DNA of 64,000 bases, from NCBI GenBank assembly GCA_050575255.1, contig JBNZDD010013689.1, positions 1,716,031 to 1,780,030 of the forward strand, in the 5' to 3' direction. The notes beneath the pieces were generated by a model. It saw only the letters and a list, made by a program, of their open reading frames with translations. It had not been told where the DNA came from and ran no database searches. How positions within the stretch are numbered: position 1 is the first letter of the stretch; every line of letters begins with the position of its first letter. Source of the DNA: Harriotta raleighana. Lineage: Eukaryota. A program made the translations under genes and the position numbers. Shown piece by piece: positions 1-14,453 of the stretch.

Positions 1-1143
1 TCCTCCCAGTTCAATCATCACAGACCAGCTCCAGCACTTGGGATGTTCTTCTTACGTGAAAGGAACTATACAAGTGTAATGTTGTTGTTGTTATTCCTAT
101 TACAACATTTCTTTATGTGGTGACTTTACTGATTAGACATTGATTACAAACTCACTGTTCAACACTCAAATGTTGAGAATAACAGGCAGTACATACATCT
201 TGCTGGTTTAACCAGCAGCTGCATTTACAGGGAATGACAATTCCGGATATGAAAGGCACTAAAATAAATAATAATAATAATAATAATCCTTGCATTTGAT
301 ATAATGCCTTAAAATGCCAAAGTGCTTCACAGAATATTCTGTAAAGTGAATTGACTGTATATATTGTGAGAGAAATGGTGAATTGGATTGCATTATATAA
401 TCTTGGCACAGTCATTTCCTCTTGTATTCAACTTTGGATTTAAGAAACTCATCTTTCTGTTCTTATGGATTGAATACAACAGTACTGCAATGTATGGGGG
501 TACCAGGACTTTGGTTGCAAGTGTCCAGTGGAACAATTATTAGATCTGCAACTTGAAATGACTAAGTTCAGTGCCTTTGACTGCTCCTTGAAGCCTGGCA
601 GACAGAAGAAGCATTATGCCCCAGGATGGTGTTTCAGGGAATTGGCAAGTTAAGCAATTTTTATTGAAGTGTTGAGAGAAGAAACTCTTTCCAATACATC
701 ACTGTTTGACTTTGCGCCAGAGAAACAAAACTGCTTCTAACATGTCCTCTTGTTAGGCCATGAAGTGTGATGGCCTCTTCTACTGAAAGCCCTCTTCGTA
801 CATTGCCAATCGTCCAGCACCAACATTAACTTTGCTTGATAGTAGATCTACCGTAACTAATAAAAATCAACAAGAAAATTACACTTGTTTAGTGTCTTTC
901 GTCTTGAGGACGTACTAAAGCACTGGACAGACATTGTTTCAGACCCAAGCTGATCTGCAGGAATTGGAATGGCAGAACAGAGCCTGGGGCCAACTAATCT
1001 TCTCACTCAGCTCCCGTTAACAACAATAACAACAACAAAATTACATTTGTATAGTGCTTTTCACATCGGGAAGACGTTGAAAGGCACTGGACATATTTCA
1101 CGCACGCAAATGCTTGTGTCACTCTGTAGCTGATTGCCTCTTG

Positions 1144-1453
1144 TGGAGCACTGTAGCTCAATGGTTAGAGCACTCACCAGGCAAACGAGAGATCTGGGTT
1201 CGATTCCCGGCAGGGCAAAATCTTAGTCAGGTTTCCTTACTCCACACACCTAATATAATCCCTCAAGAAAAAAACAATAATAAATTGATCGCTTCAATCC
1301 ACGAATGTTTGTGGGACACTGCTGTGCGCAATTGGCTGCCGCGGTTTGCCCCAAAATATACAGTCAATTCACTTTACAGTATATTCTGTGATGTGCTTTG
1401 AGATGTCTATAAGACGTGAAAAGCGATATATTAAATGCAAAGATTATTATTAT
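1144..1453 (+). mobile_element. tRNA-derived SINE, full length
   Basis: A box (tagctcaatggttagagc), B box (gggttcgattccc), body GGGACACTGCTGTGCGCAATTGGCTGCCGCG, L2-like tail ending aaatgcaaag(att)n. Confidence 0.88.
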
Positions 1454-2039
1454 CTCAGCCTTGGATTGGGACAGGTACTGAATGGATCAAAATTCTCAAC
1501 AATTCCAGACCTCTTTGTTTCGATTGCAACATACTACGGGTGACCTTTCTCTGGGTTTGATATCAACTATAATTTATTTGGGAAATGCAACAAGCACATG
1601 CACAAAAACAGAGCAGACATTTTGATTTAAAATAAGCCCAAGGATACACAGGCACACATGTGGCGATGTATTCAGCAGATGCTGGTGCTGTCAACCGCAA
1701 CTGTGATTTTATTTTGATTTTCAAAACATCATGCAAAGTAAGTACTGTTTCCACTGGATGAGGAATCCAGAAACACTAAAATAAAATAGTGACGAGGGGA
1801 ATCAAAAAGAAAATTTAAGAGCAACTACTTCAGTATGTAGGGTGGGGGGTGGGGATGGAGTAAGGAATGGGGTAAAGACTTGTGTGGAGTATAAACGTAG
1901 TGCATGGGCTGGGTGGCCTGTTTCTGCCGTACTATTCTTTGTAATCTTATTTTTTGTAAGCATGTAACAACCATCATGATCAATTTATCCATCACTGGCC
2001 AGTGTCTATGTCTTGCTGCCTCACTCCCCAATCCACCAC

Positions 2040-2346
2040 CCAGTGTCTCTGCTCAGCTAGCACCAGCCTTCCTTGTCGGTTACATCCTCCGCTCCACCAT
2101 TGGAGGCTGCACTTTCAGCCATTACCCCCCCCCCCCACCAAATCTATGGAACACTCTCCCCCAATCCATCCATCTTGCACCCACTCTCCCCTTTTTCACA
2201 TCTAGCCTGAAAGTCTTCCTTTTCTACTGTGCTTTACAGTCACCTCCCGCCACCACCCCGGCTTGGAGTCTAGCTCTGCCATTTTTTAAGGACTTTGAGA
2301 CGCTACCCAATGTGGAGGTCACTATATAAGTGTAAGTTGTTGTTGT
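2040..2346 (+). mobile_element. L2 LINE 3' fragment, degraded
   Basis: PTIGG-FS-AP-LWN-type ORF2 end, hairpin tail and (TTG)n. Confidence 0.75.
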
Positions 2347-2370
2347 ATGTACAGTAACTTGAAGTACAGG

Positions 2371-4590
2371 TAATGGCAAAGAACACAAAGCTGATTTGTC
2401 CTCTCATTGCTTGGAGAGTTACTCCAAGGTGATATATTGTTGAACGAGTATGTTTGAAGAAGAATCCCAAGATAGGGCAATATCCATTGTCACATATAGC
2501 TATTTAAGGAATGCTCTGAACAGAAAAACTGCTGGAGAAGATGGAAAAATTGACAGAGTGAACAAAAGCAATTTACTGGTTCAACCTTCAATACTAACCC
2601 TGGGAGGCATCTGAGACACATGGCTGCACTGAATGAAGCCAATAGAAAGCTGTTAAAAACTGTTATTCAGACAGTGAATTAAAAGCTCACTGGTCCATCC
2701 ACAAAAACCTGGCAGGATGGCAATTAAAGTGGTCACTTTGTAATCAAAGTATATTTCTAGTATATTTTTCACCCACAAATATACAGTCAATTCACTTCAT
2801 AGTATATTCTGTGAAGTGCTTCGAGACATCTAGTAGAAGGTTTATGCAAGGATTGTTATTATTTATTATTATTAAAATCAAAAAGCCCTGGTCAGATCCA
2901 TCCGCCAGCCACAGATGCAAGGACGTTAAGTTGCCAACAACTACATCTTGATTTCCATGGTTTTTTTCTTCTGCCCTTCGCAGCTTCTGTATCCTGCACT
3001 ATGATACTCAGCTTTCCTTTGGACTAGAAACAAGCGTTTGACCCCTGGGCCCCGAATTTAGATCCAGGAGAGATGTAGCAGATTTCATTATGTGAAAATC
3101 TGATGAAATGTCAAGTAACTTTTACATAAGAACATAAGAATAAGGAGCAGGAGTAGGCCATTCAGGCCCTTGAGCCTGCCCTGCCATTCAATAAGATCAG
3201 CTAGCTCTGATCTGCCAGTAATCAGCTAAATAATGTAGACCACTCCATCAGTCACGGTCATTGGTGGTTTGATTCTCATTTCTTGTTCTGTTCTCCTTTA
3301 ACAGATTTTCAGTCTGTAGTTGAAGACGGTCACATAGTATTGTATTAACTGAGGTATCTTGTTTCATATGAGACACTAGAGCAAGGTTTTGTTGGGTAGA
3401 CATTAAAGTTTCAGTGGCACATTCTGATGAAATAGGACTTTCACCTCCAAGCTGTGACCTTGCAAATTGGTTGTTTGNNNNNNTAATGGCAAAGAACACA
3501 AAGCTGATTTGTCCTCTCATTGCTTGGAGAGTTACTCCAAGGTGATATATTGTTGAACGAGTATGTTTGAAGAAGAATCCCAAGATAGGGCAATATCCAT
3601 TGTCACATATAGCTATTTAAGGAATGCTCTGAACAGAAAAACTGCTGGAGAAGATGGAAAAATTGACAGAGTGAACAAAAGCAATTTACTGGTTCAACCT
3701 TCAATACTAACCCTGGGAGGCATCTGAGACACATGGCTGCACTGAATGAAGCCAATAGAAAGCTGTTAAAAACTGTTATTCAAACAGTGAATTAAAAGCT
3801 CACTGGTCCATCCACAAAAACCTGGCAGGATGGCAATTAAAGTGGTCACTTTGTAATCAAAGTATATTTCTAGTATATTTTTCACCCACAAATATACAGT
3901 CAATTCACTTCATAGTATATTCTGTGAAGTGCTTCGAGACATCTAGTAGAAGGTTTATGCAAGGATTGTTATTATTTATTATTATTAAAATCAAAAAGCC
4001 CTGGTCAGATCCATCCGCCAGCCACAGATGCAAGGACGTTAAGTTGCCAACAACTACATCTTGATTTCCATGGTTTTTTTCTTCTGCCCTTCGCAGCTTC
4101 TGTATCCTGCACTATGATACTCAGCTTTCCTTTGGACTAGAAACAAGCGTTTGACCCCTGGGCCCCGAATTTAGATCCAGGAGAGATGTAGCAGATTTCA
4201 TTATGTGAAAATCTGATGAAATGTCAAGTAACTTTTACATAAGAACATAAGAATAAGGAGCAGGAGTAGGCCATTCAGGCCCTTGAGCCTGCCCTGCCAT
4301 TCAATAAGATCAGCTAGCTCTGATCTGCCAGTAATCAGCTAAATAATGTAGACCACTCCATCAGTCACGGTCATTGGTGGTTTGATTCTCATTTCTTGTT
4401 CTGTTCTCCTTTAACAGATTTTCAGTCTGTAGTTGAAGACGGTCACATAGTATTGTATTAACTGAGGTATCTTGTTTCATATGAGACACTAGAGCAAGGT
4501 TTTGTTGGGTAGACATTAAAGTTTCAGTGGCACATTCTGATGAAATAGGACTTTCACCTCCAAGCTGTGACCTTGCAAATTGGTTGTTTG
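2371..4590. other. 1107-bp direct duplication flanking an N gap (probable assembly artefact)
   Basis: 2371-3477 matches 3484-4590; I saw one difference (G2670 vs A3783). Confidence 0.85.
3124..3200 (-). mobile_element. CR1-like LINE 3' end
   Basis: cataagaacataagaataaggagcaggagtaggccattcagg is the typical reverse complement of a CR1 3' terminus; repeated at ~4237-4313 inside the gap duplicate. Confidence 0.7.
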
Positions 4591-4954
4591 GTTCACCTAC
4601 ATTGCACAATCACTACACTTTGCAGAAAACACTCTGAAGCAATTTAATACGTGTTGATGTGGTTCTTTCCTCAAGGGTGGGGGTGGAGTGTTGGATGGTG
4701 AAGTGTACTTTGAGCTGAACTGTTTCTGAGGTTGGCAAAAGAATGTCAGAATCGAGCCAATCCTTCGTGGCAGTCTTGATAGTCTAGTTCCTGAGCCAGG
4801 TGGGACTGCAGTACTCCAGGCACTGCTGATGACAGGCAAACCATCCTGGCTCATCAACAGGACTTGTAAGGCCAGATCAGTCACTGAGGCAGGGACTCTT
4901 TTCACTCAGTTTCTGGTAACCCTGCAAGCCAAAGCCCTAATGGGTAGGTCCCAT

Positions 4955-5290
4955 ATGGTCACAGCTGGACAAGCAGTGGGAAAGCTTGTCATACAGTGCT
5001 TTTGATGGCAGGCTATGCAGTTTTAGTTGGTTAGATTCCAGCAGTACCCAAATACATCTCTGGGATCTCCAAGCCTTGTCTCTTGCCAAACCATACCTAA
5101 TACTTTCTGGAATTGGGTAAACAGGATCTATCCCTCCAGGGAGAGGATGCATATTCCATTCCAATAAATCCTTCTGGAGTTTCCATGTATAGATGGGATG
5201 CATGGAATTCTCAGCTTGGTTTGGTTGCTCTTAAGCATGGTGATTGGTTTCCACATGTGTCAAACATGCGGCTGACCAAAAACAAGTTGA
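4955..5290 (+). repeat. Unclassified dispersed repeat, copy A
   Basis: Similar to 15950-16170, 37470-37855, 38545-39195 and 60630-60810. Confidence 0.7.
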
Positions 5291-6488
5291 TATGGTAAGG
5301 CACAATTACGTTTATTTACACCTAAGGTATAGCAGGAAAATAGACTATGTAGTGGGATTTGTCAGACAGAACTCATTCTTTTCGTCTGTATTTGTACATT
5401 CCTATGCATTATGAACTGTGGGTTATGAATTGTGCTAGGACAGTGGGAATGATGGCTTCATCTAAGGTATTTATTGGAATGGAATATGCATTCTCACTAT
5501 ATGGTGAGTTGTGATCTTGAACAGCTCACCAAGAAAGCGAGTGAGGCTGCTCTCTCACTCCTCCTAGTGGCTAGTGATGGGGCTTGCGATGTTTTACTCG
5601 TGATAGAGACCCTTGTCTTCACAATCTTAACTGCAGTCTGAGACCATGACTCATAAAATCCTCTGCATAAACCGCAGTGATGTGAACCAAACATTCAATG
5701 TTCTTATACAGCAATTAAACTTCTAAGAGTTACTTTGAAGTTTGAACCATCTAAAATCAGAAAATTTGTTGGCTGCTATAGGTTATGTGATCGTTCTTCA
5801 ACCACAGCTTCCCGCTGTGAGTTCCACATTCTTACCTCTCTCTACAGAAAGAAGTTCCTACAAAACTCAACTTAAATGTTTAAAATATATATATATATTA
5901 ATAAGCTTATTCAACGTACAACGTTTATTCAATGAGTTTGGAGCTGGACTGTCTAAGTGAAGTCTACAAATGTTGTTTACCAGTTGCACATTACTGTACT
6001 GCCAATAGAGCAGAAAGCAGAATAAACAAGTCAATGGAAAGAGTGATAGCCACAGTACTCAAAAGTGGACAGAGGCTTATTTTACTCACTTATTGCAGGA
6101 CTGATAAACAAATCCCTGAGTAGTGTGTGGGTGAAACTTGGCTGTTGAAACTTGGAAAAAGACTGTTTGGAATGTAAATTAATGTTATCCAGCATTGGGA
6201 TATTGCTGCGGGCAAATTGGCTACCGTGTTCACTTCAGAAACTTACATTCACTACATCTTGATTGCTTCTTTAACGATGGACAATGCTCTTTTCTGATTT
6301 TCATGTTTTTCTATCATTTTGATACTCTCATCGGGGTTTGTTCGGATATATTCAAGTAAACCTACAATTGCTGATTTGTAAGATGCTTCAATTTTAATCT
6401 GGCCCTCTTTCCCTTTTTCACGGTATATAAATACATTTATATATTCAGGTGACTCTTATCCAGAAGTTTACAGTGTCCTTTCTCTGTA

Positions 6489-6782
6489 TGGAACTCCTGT
6501 AGTTCAGTGGTTAGAGCACTCGCCTTACAAGCCTGAGACTTGTGTTCGAATCCATGCAGATCAGGGTGAAACCTTGGGCAAGTTTCTTTACTCCACACAC
6601 GCCTAATAATAAGGCGTCCAAAAAAACACATAATAATAAAAATTGGTGATTCCAATCAAATATTCACTTTACATATTCTGTGTACAGTATATTCTGTGAA
6701 GCGGTTTAACACGTTGATAAGATGTGAAAAGCGCTATATCAAATGCAAGGATTATTATTATGATTATTAGTATTATTATTAT
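6489..6782 (+). mobile_element. tRNA-derived SINE with internal deletion
   Basis: A/B boxes and (ATT)n tail of the family; middle of the body is missing. Confidence 0.85.
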
Positions 6783-9700
6783 ACATTGGACACCAACTCT
6801 TATATCATGTAGGTCATGTATGGTCAACAGTTTTTGCATTTTTCTGTCAACGTTTTTCAGATTGTTGTTATTATCATTATTGAAGGGAAAATCGTCAAAA
6901 ATCTGTCATTTTTCCAATTTGAGGGTTCACGAAAATAAAGTTCACATCCTGAATCCAGCAAGAGATTTACTGCTTCATTAGTATCACATTTCCATTCCCC
7001 CCCCCCCCACTCCATAAAGCATATCGGTATAAATTACCTAAAGCCTTATCTATGCTGCTCAATGTGAAACTATACACAATCAATAGAGAAGTTATTTAAC
7101 AGTGATTATTTGTTAAAAAGATTATTTCACCCACAAAATATAGTCCATTTTACTCATCCCGAACATCCTGAGAAGTGGTTTGAGATGTCTCAAAGAAGTG
7201 ATAAGGTGCTATACCAATTGCAAGGATTATTATTATCATTATTAAACTTGCTGCTCACTCTGCTGTTAATAAACCCAGTTGGGAATTCACAGAATCCAGA
7301 TATCAGCAGTTATTTTTGTAAAGATGGAGCTGGCCAACTCTTCAAACCCATTGAGGAATGAGTCCCATAAAAATCTTTGACTCTCATTGGATCAAGAATT
7401 TGCAATGGAGTGATGTGGGACTGAATTCATCTGCTTCCAAATTACTTTTCTCCACGCCAATGTACAGATAAAGAGGGCAAATAAGACATCCATGTGAGTC
7501 ACATCCAAAGGAACTAAGTTTAAACTACAAGAAGAGATTCACGGAGGCAATATCATTCCCTTGCTTACTACTGTATTAAATTTTAAAACAGAATACTCTA
7601 GATGTGACCACAACAGCAAAATTACATTTATAGAGCGCCTTTCATGTCAGGGGACATCCCAAAGCTCTGTATTGGTGATTATATTGCTCACACAATCCCC
7701 CCACAATATTATTTTTTTAATAATAATGATCATTGTATTTTATATAGTTCCATATCACATTGTTGAATCACCTCAAAATGCTTCTAATGGTTTACTGCAG
7801 CGTGCTGTGATTGAATTTGCAACTAAATACCAAGACAGGGGTCTGAAATTACTAATTTTTATCTGTAAGACACATTTGTCTCAAAAATTTAAGCTTGCAC
7901 AAAGTTGTAGAAAATTCTTCATTTCAGGTTTAAGTTAGACGTGATTTTTTTGCAGTTCTGGAAAATGACAACCACTTTTGTGAAAATCATTGTTACGCTC
8001 TTGAATCTCTGAATAGTTTCGCACGATGCACCATTTCTGATCACAGGAACTCAAGATAGAAGCAAAGCACGGAGGATCACGCAAGTAAGATTAGTTTGTC
8101 ACAATGCCACACTGTTACCATGTATTCAAGTACAGGAACGGATGGTAAATTTCAGTAGCTACTCAAATTTTAGTTGGAAACAGGCAAATTAATAATGAAA
8201 ACAACCTGGAAATTAGCTCATTGACCCTCTGAATCAATGTAGCAGAGTTTCTCAGCTGGAGAGAAGTTCAAACTGGTAATGGTAGAGCTGGAGAGAAGAC
8301 CACCCAACAGTGATTACAGGCCCAGCATTAACAGGTGGGAAATGTTAAGAATGGAAAAGTGACACAAATCCCATTTAAACAACCGATGGAGATTTCTAAG
8401 TGAAGGCCAAGGGACGTAGCAATGGGTCATAATTTTATGCCAAATTGAGAGTTTGCCACTCAAAACAACCCAACACTTAACAGAATTGATGGAAAGAGAC
8501 TTTTTTTGGAAACTGTGTGTCAGTTGCTGCTGCATAAGCTCCTAATTCTTACGGGGACAGTGTTNACTCAAAACAACCCAACACTTAACAGAATTGATGG
8601 AAAGAGACTTTTTTTTGGAAACTGTGTGTCAGTTGCTGCTGCATAAGCTCCTAATTCTTACGGGGACAGTGTATTGGGTGCAGGAAATGTACACTTTAAA
8701 TCTCACGACTGTGCGATTCCCGATCTAAAATTTCACACATTATTAACAAGGAACTATTCCTGGCGATGAAAGAGAGTGGAAGGGGGCTCAGAAATAAGCA
8801 ACTATTGCAGGCTTCCCAATGGCAAAACAGTGCGACCAAACTGTGTTTCTGTTTGACTATTTTTTACTTCAACCAAAATAAATTTGATTCTGCAAGCCTG
8901 TTCATATTGATTGCATAATGCAGGCTGACACTCTATTCCAAGTATTAAGGGATAGTTGCATGTCAAAAGTGCAATCCTTTGGATGATGAATTAAACTAAA
9001 TTTCCTGTTCAGATGGAGATTACAGATCCAATGGTAGAATCCAAAATGAGATAGAAGTTTCTCCTGTTTTCCTGGCTGACACTCTTTCAATAACTTCACA
9101 GCTGTTTGTGCAAATTGATTGTCGCATATGGCTACACAATTACTAAACTTGTCAAAAATTATATTGTGAAGTACTTTGAGAAGTATTGAGGTTTTTATAC
9201 TAAAGTCAAATGCAAGTTTTATTTAATTACATAAATGGTGGAATTACTGTTTTTAGACAAAACTCATAAAGAAATATTTTCCAAGTAAGCCTGAATTCAA
9301 GAAATTGAGAATCAACTCATAAACTTTGAAAATCTTAAATTCTTTCTTAATTTGGAAACTTCTTTTTAAGAGCTGCATAAAACCTACTTCCAATTTAAAG
9401 CTTAATTTAAGGATTTTTTTCATAACTCTTCCTATTCTTAAATTTTAAGTCAAAATAAACCTACCAGCTAAAACTAGGTGGAATTTTAGGCCTCAGAACT
9501 TATATTCTATTTGTTGTCTTGCAGGCAGATTGATGTATTTTTGTGGAACATTGCTGTGCACATATTGGATGCTACACTTGCCTACAACTACACAGTCACT
9601 ACACTTCACAGAAAAATTCTATGGAACACTTTTGAGATTTTGTAACATGTTAAGTCGCTATATCAAATGCAGTAATAACAATTTGGCACAAATAGGATAG

Positions 9701-10655
9701 TGTCTCAAATTGTTTTAGGATGTAGCGCTGTAGGAAGTCATTACATGAGCATATAAAGATATACAAAGCAAATCTAATTATATAGTCTTCCACTCAAACT
9801 TCCCCAGGACCTCAAGAATGCAGAACCCTTTACCTCTCTGATTTCCACTCTTCCTGGAATATTCCTTTTCTCCGATCTACGAGCTTTTAAACCTTCATGT
9901 CTGATTGATCTCGCATCGTTTCTCCTGCTCTGTCAGCTTTAGTTAGGCTCTCTGCTTGGCCCGATGGCAGATTTTCCACTAAATACAGTAAAGTGCATCA
10001 GCATAACACAGTGCGTCCTTTCCCTTTCTGAAGAGATTCACTACAACAGAAGTAACTGGATTTTAAAAAGTGTACGTACATCAGGACAAGGACAACACAA
10101 AGCTTATTATTCGCTGATGGCTTAAAGGTATCAATAACGGAAACAATTTGAAAGATAATGTTGGTTTATTTTTTAGCTCCAGCTCCATTTCCCAGAACAT
10201 AATGCATAGATAACACTCAGCCAAATGTCAAACTCAGTAACATAAAAAGGCCTCACTTTAATTTTTAGTGTTGTACGGTGTGCTTTAGATGTATCTATTT
10301 CTAGTGAACGATGCAGTGTGCAGGGCTAACAAAGAGTAGCCACTGGATATAGTCATAGCCAATACTCGTACATGATCCACTGCCATTCTTGGGCAAATTG
10401 AAAGTTGCTGGCTGCCACTTGCTGGAAATTCCCAGCAATTCATTTCTGCAGACAACCGTCTGGCTTTCCATGTGGAAAAACTCTCCGCTCATTCCTTTGC
10501 CTTTCTTCAAAGCCAACTCAACAATTCATCAAGGGTTCCATTTGTTTGTCATCTGGTGTTGCAAGTTGACTTGATTCTGAGCAGTTAAAGCGCTCCTCAG
10601 CATCCCTCTAGAGTGGTCTCGGACAAATGCGGTCACTTGTCGCGGAGTGGAGCAG

Positions 10656-10967
10656 TGGAGTTCTGTAGCTCAGCGGTTAGAGCACTCGCCTTACAAGCGT
10701 GTGTTCCTGTGTTCGAATCCAGGCTGTGCGAAACCTTGGACACATTTCCTTACTCCACACGCCTAATAATAATCTCTCCAAAAAAATACTATGATAAATG
10801 GGTCATTTAAATCCACGACTGTTTGTAGCACACTGCTCTGTGCAATTGGCTGCCAAGTTTCGCCCACAAATATACAGGCAATTCACTTTACAGTATATTC
10901 TGTGAAGCGCTTTGAGACGTCCAAAAGACATGAAAAGCACTATATCAAATGCAAGGATTATTATTAT
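10656..10967 (+). mobile_element. tRNA-derived SINE, full length
   Basis: tagctcagcggttagagc, gttcgaatcc, family body and tail. Confidence 0.9.
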
Positions 10968-11252
10968 CAGAAACTAGCCAGATAGAGATTACAACAATAA
11001 TAATATTAAATAACAATAATCAATGTGCTTGATTAATAGTAATAATAACCCTTGCAGTCGATATCACTTCATTGCGATTCCATCTAGTTTTAGCCTGTAA
11101 GCCTCAAAGTCTCAAAGTTTTAGCCTGTAAATCACAAATTCTAATCAGAATATACTGTATATTTTATGACAAAATGATTATAGTGCCTTTCATATGGGGA
11201 GAACATCCCAAAGCACTTCACATGGTAGACTGCAAAATGTTCAGCCTGAGTA

Positions 11253-11944
11253 CAGGCAGTCCTCAAGTTACGTCAGGGTTAGGTTCCTAAGATGTGGTGT
11301 AAGTCAAATTTGTATGTAAGTCGAGTCACCCCCCTATAATGCTTACAGTAACATACAGTGATTGGTTGTAGTGTATAGTGAGCTGCCCTCTCTCCCCTGC
11401 CCCCCTCCTAATATGTACAGTTCTGTAAATAAAATAAAATCTTATTGTACTTACATGGCTTCATTGTGAGTCTGGCACTCGATGTAGCGCAACACAGGAG
11501 ATCACACGCGACGTAGCGCAACACAGGAGATCTCACGCGATGTAGCGCAACGCAGATCACATGCGACATAGCGCAACGCAGGAGATCACATGTGATGTAG
11601 CGCAACGCAGATCATACGTGACGTAGCGCAACGCAGATCGCACGTGACGTAGCGCAGTCTAAAGGCTGGAGAGTACTGTCCCGCCGAGCTCACAGACTCA
11701 CACAGTACCTGTACAGTACACACTCGCGTCTCGCCTCCATCCTGTCCTGAACACGTATCGTGGGCCCGTAAGTGTTGAGAGCGGCGACTCCAGGTTTCTA
11801 TCGCGCGTGGGGCAACTAAAGTATTTACATAGTAGTGTCGTAACTTCGAAACCTCGGATGTAACTCGGACGTAATTTTACTGATTTTAAGTGTCGTAACT
11901 TCGAATTGTCGTACCTTGAAACGTAGTAACTAGAGGACTGCCTG
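11253..11944. mobile_element. Non-autonomous Tc1/mariner (Tigger/pogo-like) DNA element, 692 bp
   Basis: TA on both sides (11251-52, 11945-46); terminal inverted repeats CAGGCAGTCCTC(A/T)AGTTAC matching 18/19; subterminal GTCGTAACTTCGAA repeats; no transposase. Confidence 0.88.
11481..11657. repeat. 26/29-bp CpG-rich minisatellite, ~6.5 units
   Basis: Unit GAYGTAGCGCAACRCA(GGA)GATCACAYGY repeated in tandem. Confidence 0.9.
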
Positions 11945-14453
11945 TATTTCATAAGTGAACAGCAGCCATTGCTCTGCAGTGAATATACTGCAGAGCAATG
12001 CCCTACAAACAGCCATGAAGTGAATTTCATTCCTGGAAGTCCCAGTGAAGTCCCTTGTCATTCAATCCCTGGTGGGTCTGGTGCACAGTACAATAGAGCA
12101 TCGACATGACATTTTGTGGTAGGGTGAAAAGGAGCTTTTTTATTATTCCAAATCACCCACAAAAAACATTGTACCTTAACAACAGTCATGGCATGCCAAG
12201 GCAGAAAGAGACTACATAATAATAATCTTTGCGTTTGATACAGCATCTTATTGTGTCGTCGAGACATCTACCAGGATTTACTGTCAAGTGTAGAAACTGT
12301 GTATCCTATCAAGTATAGTGCTGACTCAACCTTTTTATTATTGTTTCCACACTTTCAGCAGACCCCAATCACAATCTAAGCACTAAGAGAAGGCAGAATC
12401 ACTATTGCTGAAGTAGACACTCCATTTGTTACATGTCGCAAACTAACGAGGACGTGAACCTGCCAGTTGACTGCCACGTTGTGCCACGCAGATAAATCTG
12501 CCCCCAAAGTCTTCAGAAAGTGCCCAGCTAAGCAATGTGGGTGCCTGTGTGGTTAAGCTCACTTTGGCAAGTGATCAAATCTGAATGCAAATAGTAAAAC
12601 CACCTCAAATATTCCATCTGAGACACATTAAATTCTATGTTTCAACTTGCTTCCATTTATGTAAAAGGGTGCCCTACAATTTTTGGTTGCAACTGATAAT
12701 AATGAAAATAATTATTTCTGACAAATTCTCATCAGTTCTGGGACTATCCGGATGGAAAGTCGAATGATCTAACTTTACCCTGTTGCCTGCATACAGCATC
12801 TCCTATTATTTGGGATTTGGGTTTCTCGGGATAGGGGTTTCCCGAGTATTGCCCACATCCTTTGTCTGAGATGGTGAATGAGCAATTTTTTTTAAGGCTC
12901 TGACAATTCTATATGCGAAAATTGTCCGCGATAATATTCTGCGTGCGTTTTTCTCAGTTTTCTTGCTCTCCTCTTGACATTGCTCGACATGACTGCGGTT
13001 CGAAACCTAGTCTTGGTACAATCCATTTTCTTTGTATTTCCCTCTTATTTCCACCACCACACAACATCAAGAATCTTTTGCATTTTTCCCATATTCGTTC
13101 CCATATAAAAAAAGAGAACTAGGTAACGCACTGCTCCATATCTAGATGGACTTTGGACTTCCAGTCCAGGTTAACACTGAAATAAAGTGGTGGTGGAATG
13201 CTAGATTGTTGGTAATCCTTCAGATGCGATGATGTATTAACTTCAGTTTCACATGTGTAGTGATTCTCAATCCATAACACTGGTGCATTTCCTTGCATTC
13301 TCTTTTATCCTCTGCTTAAAACAATGCAGTGCGCCAACTATGAACCCACACACCTGTCACCACGATCCTTTTATACTACCTGCTTCAACTGTATTTCATC
13401 GGCTCTCAACTTCTCAAAGCAATATCCTACAATAGCAGTAGCTATCCTTTAAATCTGTAGCAATACAGTGCCATCTTTCTATTTCAATCACTACCCTTAA
13501 TAATAATAATAAAAATTCTCACATTTTATATAGCACATTTATGTCAGGAAAAAGCTTCACAGGGCGTACTGTTAGAGCAATGTTTGTTTATTGTAAATGG
13601 ATGCTTAAAAGGAACCGTAACCCTGAAAATCCCATTACCAAATGGATTGTGAGACATCAACAACAACAGTAGAACTGAAAATTACAATTGCTGCAAATGT
13701 TTGACTTGTACGTTTTTCAGTCTTCTCCTCAAATACTCTGAGATCTTAAAGAAAAAGCCAAACACTGTATATCTTCATTCCTCCATAATATTGCACCATC
13801 TGGTGGACAGTGAAGTCCAAGGTAGAGGGATCTTTCCGTTAGACAAGAGTTACCCAAACAGGAAATGTGGGGGTAGGTGAGTAATGATTTTTCTTTCCTC
13901 TTACAGCAGGCTGCTGGAATTCAGGATACTAAGATCATTACATCCAAGTTGGCTGTTTTGGGGAAGAAACATTGAGAGGGAAGATTGAATGTGTTGTCAT
14001 GAACGTGATGAATTGATGTCAAATAAAATGGAAACGTTTTCAATTGTGTCCTCAACAGCAATGTGAAACATTCCTCTGGTCATCCATGGTTTGAGGACAG
14101 TGTCGCTTTACTTATAAACACCAGATAAAATACATTCCAATCCAAATTTATATTCAGGTAGTGGATTCACATCAGGAGAATGTCCCAAGCAGGACTTGAT
14201 TAAAGAGTCTGGGAGCTCTAAACCAGATCATGTTTGGGGACTCTTTGTATTGTACAACCAGAGAGAGAGAAGGGCCATTAGTGGTATTCCATTCCCAGTG
14301 CTCTCTGCACTCTCTCACCAGGTTGTACGACGTATGAGGCAGCACTGAGAGGAATGGCAAGAATGGCGGAGTGGGAGGTGTCAGTCATGAGGTTATAGCG
14401 GGATGATAAATCCCCTTCTCCCTAAAGGGAGAAAGAATATAATAGGAATACTG

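Noticed and set aside
1144-1215. tRNA-like sequences with A/B boxes here and at 6489, 10656, 32192, 41412 and 43028
   Set aside because: Each continues into the SINE body and tail; they are SINE heads, not tRNA genes
3248-4905. Minus-strand ORFs of 82-111 aa, one apparently duplicated
   Set aside because: The duplication is the gap artefact, and I recognise no domain or convincing splice structure
11481-11657. CRISPR-like appearance of the 26-29-bp repeats
   Set aside because: No unique spacers, no cas genes, eukaryotic context; it is a tandem minisatellite
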